A stretch of DNA of 64,000 nucleotides, taken from contig OX597838.1 of assembly GCA_951406725.2 (NCBI GenBank), positions 2,418,001 to 2,482,000 of the forward strand. The letters run 5' to 3'. This DNA comes from Octopus vulgaris. Lineage: Eukaryota. Of the stretch, positions 55,301 through 64,000 are shown one piece after another (position 1 is the first letter of the stretch; every line of letters begins with the position of its first letter). The position numbers were made by a program, and so were the translations under genes. Under the pieces are notes generated by a model that worked only from the letters and a program-made list of their open reading frames with translations, made no database searches and was not told the DNA's origin.

Positions 55301-55844
55301 GAGTGAGAGAGCAGTGCATGCCATCAAAGTGACACAGGGGTAAAATATATGAAGCCCAGTATACCCATCATGACTACCCGTCTGATACGGGTACACCAGG
55401 TACATGCATCATAACCATATGTGCACGACATGGTGATCTAATATCAAGATAAACAGTGCATGACCTTGCAGGTGGGGCCCAGTTAGAATTTTCTTCTGGT
55501 CGAGAAGCCCATCCCGCTCAAAAGGATTGTTTAAGGATGTTGAACGGAACACCCATCTTTCCAGAAGTGAATTATTCAAACCCCAAAGAATTCCTCTCAA
55601 CACATGACTATGATGCTCACCCACTGCTTCTGCTCAAAATCATAGATGCACATATTGTCAGCCACCAAGGGGCATGATCAACTGGCTAAGGTCAAACAAC
55701 TGACAAGCAAATCTGTGGTATTGAGCAGAATATTTGCTGTAGCTCATCTTTTAAACCAAGACAAAACAATGTACGTGATAACACTTCCAATCAGTTAAGA
55801 TCAGAAGCCACGAGAGCCACTGCCTGGTATTGTATCAGGACATT
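55301..55844 (-). mobile_element. Interspersed element X, ~545-bp apparently complete copy, flanked by TTA repeats on both sides
   Basis: Homologous to 23189-23602. No tRNA head, TIR or recognisable protein domain. Confidence 0.85.
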
Positions 55845-55880
55845 ATGATTATTATTATTGTTGTTGTTGTTGTTGTTACT

Positions 55881-55960
55881 AAGGCGGGGAGCTGGCCGAA
55901 TTGTTAGACCGCCGGGCGAAATGCCTAGTGGTATTTCGTCTGTATTTACGTTCGTGAGTT
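55881..55960 (+). mobile_element. SINE family B head fragment
   Basis: AAGGCGGGGAGCTGGCCGAATTGTTAGACCGCCGGGCGAAATGCCTAGTGGTATTTCGTCTG. Confidence 0.8.
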
Positions 55961-56070
55961 TATATTCGTCGCACTTCTGCTCTCTTCCTTTGCAGTACAC
56001 AATATTTACTTTTGTAATAGTTCAATGACCAGAGCAGGACCGAAGAGATCAGCGGAAATTTTGAAAGACC

Positions 56071-56119
56071 GAGATAGGAAATTTCTTTCGTCGCACTTCT
56101 GCGTCCTCCTTACTAGCTC
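56071..56119 (-). ncRNA. Degenerate hammerhead-like motif related to 9224-9269 (partial direct repeat at 55965-56000)
   Basis: The minus strand reads GAGCTA-GTAAGGA-G-GACGCA-GAAG-TGCGAC-GAAA-GAAATTTCC-TATCTC. Helix I pairs 5/6 and helix II 5/6; the core is mutated. Confidence 0.35.
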
Positions 56120-56761
56120 TCTTTCTTTACAGCAAACGCTTTTGTAGCAGAATTATATGTCAATGACCGCAGCAGGTCGAAAAAAAACCCCGATAATTTT
56201 GAAACACTAAGATAAGAAAGAATGAATATTTCAGCATTTTATTAGTATTTCTGTCGATAAAAGATTTGTTTTTCTTTTTGAGAACAACTTCATCTATTTT
56301 CTGTGTATTCAATTCCATGTGTGTATTCTTCATTAGTCTTCTGACTAAGCCTTGAGTCATTGGTTACTAATTTTATATTCCTCCAATATTTTTTTCCAAC
56401 CGTGACTACTACGACACCGGATACACACAAACGTACAGACATATTTTTGTAATATGTTAACTTATAATATCTTGTTAAATTATACATGTTTTCTGGTCAT
56501 GTTCAGCGCGTGTAAATCGCATGCGTTAGAAAAACACACATACTCACGCAGCCACCCACAAGCAGATGCATAATTTTCCATTTATTCAAAAGACAAATCT
56601 GTGTGCGTCTGTGTGAGAGAGAGAGAGAGAGAGAGACCGTATATGTCTGTGTATTTATACAGAGATGTATGTATGTGTACGTATATTTATATATACATAA
56701 TATATAATATATATACATGTATATGTATATATATGTATAAATATATAATATATAAAATATA

Positions 56762-56801
<40 letters not shown>

Positions 56802-56814
56802 ATGTATGTCTTTA

Positions 56815-56879
<65 letters not shown>

Positions 56880-57221
56880 GTATGTATGTCTTTATATGCT
56901 GTGAGTGGATAGCCATGTGTCGTATGGAGAGGACCGGTTGTGGTTAGGAAATTTAAATATGTTTTTATTCTACTTAAGAAATATCGGAAATTGCTCAAAT
57001 GCATGTTAATTATGTTTAAGAATCTCTTTGATAAAATCTCTGAGTCTTTGATCTTTGAGAGAGAGAGAGACTCATAGCACCTGGTTAGCATGGAAATGTT
57101 CTGACATTGTGTTTCTTAAATATCACATTATCAGACACATACATACATACATACATACATACATACATACATACATACATACATGCATATATACATATAT
57201 ATATACACACACACACGTACA

Positions 57222-57254
<33 letters not shown>

Positions 57255-58019
57255 TCCTACATACACACACACAAACATACATATATACATACATACATAC
57301 ACACATACATGCATACATACGTACATATATACATACATACATTCATACATACCTACATATATATATACATTCATAAATATATGCATTCATACATACATAC
57401 ATACATGTATACATACACACACTAACACATACATACAAACAAACATTTATGCAAACACATATATACATTAATACATGCATATATTCATTCTTACATACAT
57501 AAATATATACACCCATTTACGCTTACGTATGTGAGTGTTCTCTGTAACGAACGGGAAAATTACTCAATAAATAATGTAGCGTTGTGTGTGAGCGTGTGTG
57601 AGCGTGTGTGAATGTGTGTGTGGGCGTGTGTGTTTTTGTTTGTTATAATTCTGAATCTCATATTAAGAAGTACTCAATGCGTTATAAATGTAGAGTCACA
57701 TTCAATACACTGGTATATCTCTTTGAAGACATTATTCAGAATCCTGTCTTTGAATTGATTCATGAATGTATCAAAACCAGTCTGTTATGAGCAGCGATCA
57801 CCGACCTCACGCAAGGTATATGCGCGCGTGCGTGTGTCGTGTTATCCTACGTCTGTGTGACTACCAAATATGGTGAGGTAATCTCATCTTAAATCAACAA
57901 ATAATGAAATATGATGCAACCCAAAGTTTTTATTTTTCTTTACTCATTTACAAACTGAGCAATTCAGGCATTTATAAATATGGCGACTACTTCGCAGCCT
58001 TTACAATACTCTCTTTTGC

Positions 58020-58322
58020 TCTCTTTTACGTGTTTCAGTCATGTTACTGTGGCCATGCTGGAGCAAATCAACCCCAGTACTTATTCTTTGTAAGCCTAGT
58101 ACTTATTCTATTCAAGTGATGTTGGGGAGACAAATACAGACACAAACACATACACACATATACGACGGACTTCTTTCAGTTTCCGTCTACCAAATCCACT
58201 CACAAGGCTTTGGTCGGTCCGACGCTATAGTAGAAGCAAATTGCCCAAGGTGTCACGCAGTGGTACTAAACCCGGAACCATGTGGTTGGTAAGCAAGCTA
58301 CTTACCGCAGAGCCACTCCTGC
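58020..58322 (-). mobile_element. SINE family A, near full length
   Basis: Colinear with 497-832. Confidence 0.9.
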
Positions 58323-58610
58323 TAGAAATAACAACTACGTTATCTTCAGTATTTACCCTGACATAATAATGTATTCCTAGATATACAACATCTGCGTCAA
58401 CAATCTGACAGTTACGACTGGAAGTTTTTAGGTCCTACGCTGCTCTTAGAAGTGCTAGAAATAACAACTAAATTGCCTGACCCTTAAATGTTATCCTGCT
58501 GTCTGAAATAAAGATGAGGTACATTATCAAATGTACTCTTAGATATACAATGTCTATTTCAACAACCTAACGGATAAAACTGGAAGTATTTCGATCCTAC
58601 ACTACCCTGA
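58321..58610. repeat. Diverged tandem duplication of repeat family E (units starting ~58321 and ~58454)
   Basis: GCTAGAAATAACAACTA, AATGTA.TC.TAGATATACAA, CAACAA.CT.AC.G and ACTGGAAGT.TTT.G.TCCTAC each occur twice in the same order. Confidence 0.75.
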
Positions 58611-58837
58611 GGTACAATTGTTGATGTATTCTGAGATATACTATGGCACAACAAAGGGTGTTAATAGTTATAACAAGAACACCATAATTCCTACGTCTAT
58701 TCCATAAAAGTTAACAAGGGGAGGGGTAACTAACAAAAAGGATATTAACAATAATCACAACAACAGCGACAAACACCTTACCATCTTCCAGTCTTTCGAT
58801 TCATGTTATTTGTTCCCCCATGTGGAGTGTGTGTGTG

Positions 58838-58869
58838 AGAGAGAGAGAGAGTGAGAGAGAGAGAAAGAG

Positions 58870-58938
<69 letters not shown>
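58838..58938. repeat. (GA)n/(GAAA)n polypurine tract
   Basis: Directly visible. Confidence 0.95.
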
Positions 58939-58939
<1 letters not shown>

Positions 58940-59624
58940 TGAGATAGAAAGAGAAAGACATATTAAGACAATTTTAAATTCTAGCCAGATGTAATCTTCA
59001 ATCGTGATTTCAATTCCCACTGGGGGATTCTGTTTCAGCTCATTTAACTCAGCTTGTGAATTCTCTTGGAGAGACAGGAATATCACCATTTCCATTGCCA
59101 CCTCCTACCATTCCAGATCTCTCATAAAATGTAAAATTATTCCTGCCTACTGAAGGGAGAACCATCATATTTCTCTTGGATATCAATGACGGAATATCAT
59201 CTGTTTCTCTTTTAATTAAAGATGCACCTTTTACATTTCAAACAATTTTTCTTCCTCTTCCTCTTTCACAGAATCTCTCTCTTTAGGATATTTTAAATAT
59301 GTTTTTTGATGCTGTTTGATATTTTAGATTCTTAAAACTGAGATGATATTTAGTAATCAACCGATACCAAAGTCAAGAATCGCATCGTAAACGAAACTAA
59401 AAGAAAAAAAAAATTAAGTGAAATCAAAGACTAAGAAACATACGAGGAAATCAATATGGCCGCTTTCCCGGGTATAAAACCGCGTTGTTAGTGTTTTGTT
59501 GTTGTTGTTGCTTTTGCCACTGCTGTTGTTTTTGTCGTTCAACCCTAGGTAAATCCCCAATTGAGTAGAGCTATCGTCAGTGGTAGTTCATTCGTGACCA
59601 TCCATTCTAATTTCAATTTTTCTA

Positions 59625-59915
59625 TGTTGTTGTTGTTGTTTGTTCCTTCTCGAGCCATGCCTAGCTCATAAGGGCCGGCTTCCCGGTTTCCTTGGCGTAT
59701 AGGTTCCCCACCTGGACGGGACGCCGGTCCGTCGCAGGTGAGCTGCAAGATGCAGGAAGAAAGAGTGAGAGAAAGTTGTGGCGAAAGAGTCAGCAGAAGT
59801 TCGCCATTACCTTCTGCCGGAGCCGCGTGGATCTTAGGTGCTTCGCTCATAAACACACACATCGCCCGGTCTGAGATTCGAACCCGCGAGTCCGCTGCTC
59901 TAACCACTAGGCCAT
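59625..59915 (-). mobile_element. tRNA-derived SINE with a V-domain-like central block and (CAA)n tail
   Basis: The minus strand reads TGGCCTAGTGGTTAGAGC (A box), GGTTCGAATC (B box), CCTGCGACGGACCGGCGTCCCGTCCAGG...GGAAACCGGG (V-SINE-like), ending GAAGGAACAAACAACAACAAC. Confidence 0.85.
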
Positions 59916-60441
59916 TTTTCTATGGGCGGTAGAGGGGCGAAAGATGTTCGATCCCGGATTGAATATGCCTACGTATTTAGTTACGTCCATTTACGTTCCT
60001 ATTTGGTATTCCAAAAATCGAAGATGCAGTATTCTTACACAATCTGTTCCTCTATCGGCTGCGCTTCTAATTTGTAGCCTTGAATGAGAATATAAACTAA
60101 TATCAAATATTTTTCCTCTTCGTGTTCCACCAATCTCGAAGATAGATTCTTATAAGAAGAAATTTGAATGATTTGAATCGGGATTCTTCTGGCAATAGAA
60201 CTGTTTTCATGCCGAAAGTCTGCTCACCAGAATATTCTTATGTCTCAGACAATCTCAATAAAAAAGTCTTCTAAGTATAGAATTCTTCAGAGCCAAACTT
60301 TCAAAGTAGAATAGTTCTTTGATTGTAGCCCCTCCTAGTCTGACAACGGCGTTTCTGAAATTTCTTGCGGAGCTATCTGCGCAAATCATTTGTTTCATTT
60401 TGATCAAATATCCATGCTTTTCATTGGCTCCCCCCCTCAAT

Positions 60442-60606
60442 CAGATCGATGTTCCTTGATCAGGTGCACGGCGTACCCCATATCAAGTGTCGAAGAAACG
60501 TGAAATGAAGTGTTTTGCTCGAGAATGCAACGCACCACCCGCTACAAGAATTCAAACCACGATCTCACGATTGTCAGTTGAACTCCCTAACCACTAGGCC
60601 ATTGCG
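60442..60606 (-). mobile_element. SINE family C/D head and core fragment
   Basis: The minus strand reads TGGCCTAGTGGTTAGGGAGTT...GGTTTGAATTC...GAGCAAAACACTTCATTTCACGTT. Confidence 0.75.
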
Positions 60607-60889
60607 CTCTCATCGAATAGCACTGTTTTATAACCTTGATTCAATGAGCAACATAATATTGGATCAAAAACTCTGTTCTATACTTCTCTGGCTGTTCTTC
60701 TCTCCCTCCCTCCCTCTCCCCCCTCTCTCTCCCTCTCCCTCTGTCTATCTATCTATCTCTGTCTAGAACAATATTCCCTCCTTATCCCTATGAGTAGAGC
60801 ATTGGCTAATTCTCCCTTCCTCTGTGTAAGCAGTATTATCTCCTTAACTCACCCACTAAAACAACATTGTATCCGACACAATCTCTCTT

Positions 60890-60949
<60 letters not shown>

Positions 60950-62219
60950 CAGAAGAGACGTCACTCCTAGCATCCCTCGGTAGTCGTCTTAAACTCGCTG
61001 AATTAAACAATATTTTGTTCCTTATTCTGAAGATAGTTGAATTCTGCACTAAATTTCTAAAGAATACCAGTACCATATTCTAAACATCCCAAATAAAACG
61101 ATGCTCGGCTCTAAATTCTCTCAGACTGGAATAGTATTATGTCTTAAACTCTAGTTTGCCTAACAAGAAGGACGCGGTTCAGTCAGGTTATCCACCCTGG
61201 ATATTCATCTCACCATTAATTTACCAACCCACATCAACTACCACACTCCAGCTGGTAGGGGTTGCCTGCAATGATATGGACCAGAGCCCTTCCTCTGATT
61301 TAATAATTTAGAAACGGCTCTTTCTCCTTTACGTTCCTGGTTCAAACTTCACTAAGGTTCACTTCAGCTTTCATTCTCCTGGGGATCAATATAAAAACCT
61401 TCTAAGCTGCGAGTTTGAGATTTTGTGTCTTCGATCGATAGAAACACACGATTTCGCTAAACCCATTAATATATAAAGTTTCATTTTCATCCTACAATTA
61501 ATTACATTTAATTAACAAGAAAAATAAACAGCATGGATATTAAAAAAAACGTTCATAAACTAATGATTATACAAGAGCTTGGACTAATGAAAAGTTAATG
61601 AGATGTGAGCAGTATTTATAATTAAAATAAATACTTGTTAGTGTATAATTTTTCAACTGGCCTTCTGTTTTTTGCGGACACTGTGTATTAACGGGTTAAA
61701 TATATCACAACATTTGGAATATTCAGCGACCAAAATTGATATTACTTTCTAAGTGAAGATTCAAATTTCCATTTATAGTTTTAGATAATATTGATTTCAC
61801 AGAGAAATCATTACGTTTTGTATAATTGTCAGCGTTTCCTTTAGACCGTTTACATTCTACTAAACACAAGGTCACCGTTCTATGAAGGTTGGAAATATTT
61901 TATCGGCCAAAAATAAACTCTGGTTGTTGACGCTGATGTTGCTGTTGCTGTTGTTGTTTTTGTTGTTGTCGTTTAACACCAGGTCAGTCTTGATCGAATA
62001 GGCCTATGATCAAGAATGCTCCAGCTGTGACCATCCCCTGTTTTTGTTATCTACAAATGGATTTAGTGAACTTTTAAAATGTAAGACTCTTAGATGTGAG
62101 TGAGATTTGGCTGCTCTTTCTTTTCTAAATGTTCAATATATAGTGCTGCTCCTTCAGCAACCGGCCCCTTGCGGTTTTTAAAAGCGATTTTCGCATAGTA
62201 ATATTAGAAATCAAAGATT

Positions 62220-62890
62220 AAGACGGCGAGCTGTCAGAATCGTTAGCACGCCGGACCAAATGCTTAGCGGTGTTTCGTCCGTCTTTACGTTCTGAGATCA
62301 AATTCCCTTGGAGGTCGAATTTCCCTTTCATCATTTCGGGGTCGATAAATTAAGTAGCAGTTACGCACTGGGGTCGATATAATCGAATTAATCCGTTTGT
62401 CTGTCCTTGTTTGTCATCTCTGTGTTGGGGGGGGGGGAGTAATAAAGAAATAGGTATTTCGTCTGCCGTTACGTTCTGAGATCAAACTACGCCGAGGTCG
62501 ACTTTGCCTTTCATCCTTTCGGGGTCTATAAATTAAGTAGCAGTTACGCACTAGGTTCGATGTAATCGACTTAATCCCTCTGTCTGTCCTTGTTTGCCCC
62601 CTCTATGTTTAGCCCCTTGTGGGCAATAAAGAAATAGGAATCGTTAGCGCGCCGGGTAAGATGCACATCAGCACTTCCTCCGTCTCAACGTTCTGATTTC
62701 AAATTCCGCCAACGTCGACTTTGCCTTTTAAGGGTCGATAAGTCGTTGCTCTAAATACTGTAAAGGTCGAATGTTTGTCTTTCATCACTTCCATACAATA
62801 ATTATCAGCGGAAAACTGGGGCCCATGTAATCGAGTTAACCCCACGGCCCGGGCTTGCTGACCCTGCTGCCAAAATTTGAAATCATTATT
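62220..62890 (+). mobile_element. Head-to-tail array of SINE family B units (62220-62452, 62453-62637, 62638-~62890)
   Basis: The tail AATAAAGAAATAG is joined directly to the next, 5'-truncated unit twice. Confidence 0.88.
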
Positions 62891-62901
62891 ATTATTATTA
62901 C

Positions 62902-62969
<68 letters not shown>

Positions 62970-63062
62970 TTGGCGGTGGTAGTAATGGTGGTGATAGTGG
63001 TGGTAGTGGTGGTGGTAGTGATTGTAGCAGCAGCAACACCAACAGTAGTAGTAGTAGTAGTT

Positions 63063-63112
<50 letters not shown>

Positions 63113-63138
63113 TGTAGTAGCAACAGTTGTAGTAGTAG
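62885..63138. repeat. Compound (TTA)n-(GTA)n-(GTG)n-(GTA)n microsatellite
   Basis: Directly visible. Confidence 0.95.
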
Positions 63139-63586
63139 TTTCTGTACCGTTTGCTTTCTGTTCTCTTCCACTTCATTAACAAACACGTTTCTCTCCGTCT
63201 AACTTTGTCTCTCTCTGTGTATGCGTGTGCGCGCGCCTTGTTCTGCCTACGAACCTATGGATATGTACGCGTGTGGCTGCGCGTGTGTCTGTGCGTCCGT
63301 GGCTGTGTCCCATGTATGTGTACACGTCTCAATCTATGCCGTGTCGGTTTTCTTTATCGTATTGATTATAATCATACATTTTCATTTCGCCATGATCGCA
63401 AACACGGTCGTCATCGTCGTCCTCAACACCACCATCACCATTATCATCGGCCCATCATCATCATCATCATCATCATCATCATGCTTAACATCAGTGATGT
63501 AAATAGCATAGTTACCACCTTCTTCGACACCGTAACCATCGCCATAAATAACATCTATATCTCCAACATTACTCTTGTTGTTGTTT

Positions 63587-63625
<39 letters not shown>

Positions 63626-64000
63626 GTGCAGTTACTCTATTCGTTATTTTATATATATTGTGTTTGCAGCGAGGTGTGAGAGGATCTGTGTGTCAATGAA
63701 CTCCCGCTGAATACATTCTGGAAGAAATCAGTGATTTATTGGTGCACAGCAGATCGGGATAATTTCTATCGTCAGTCGATGCAGTCCGAAGCCAACGGAG
63801 ACTGAAGAAACGGTTCTCCATGCTTACGTTCAGCTTTTGAGCACTGCTGACGCGAGGACCTATAAAGGATGGGGATTAACGCTCGAAGGATGGGGGCCAG
63901 GTGGCAGAAAAGAGCCTTCTAAAAAGTAACGAAGTGCCCTACGTTAGTAAGCAGAAACATATAGATAGATAGACAGAGAGAGAGAAAGAGAGAGAGAGAG

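Overview
This is eukaryotic, AT-rich, essentially non-genic DNA (large intron or intergenic), saturated with microsatellites: (TA)n, (CA/TG)n, (TACA)n, (GATA)n, (TAA)n, (TAC)n, (CAT)n and (GGT)n. The repeat content and the tRNA-derived SINE families resemble a coleoid cephalopod (Octopus-like) genome; this is inferred, not verified. Almost all ORFs in the supplied track are translations of microsatellites. The features I can support are: about 25 copies or fragments of at least five tRNA-headed SINE families; two decayed mariner transposons; a pogo/Tigger-type MITE and one other fold-back MITE; three 3' fragments of R4/Dong-type (restriction-like endonuclease) non-LTR retrotransposons; a decayed Penelope-like element with a recognisable GIY-YIG region; an L1/Tx1-type zinc-knuckle remnant; a ~545-bp interspersed element sitting in TAA repeats; and a tRNA-Val-derived pseudogene. 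No host protein-coding gene can be called with confidence. A few small exon candidates exist, the best at 50085-50148. The most interesting signal is a set of short elements carrying minimal type I hammerhead-ribozyme folds (8848-8891 +, 9224-9269 -, 56071-56119 -). They share an atypical extra G after A9, and one copy has a compensatory G3-C8 core swap. These would fit Penelope-associated or retrozyme-like mini-elements, but every copy here looks damaged. All alignments and folds were done by eye.
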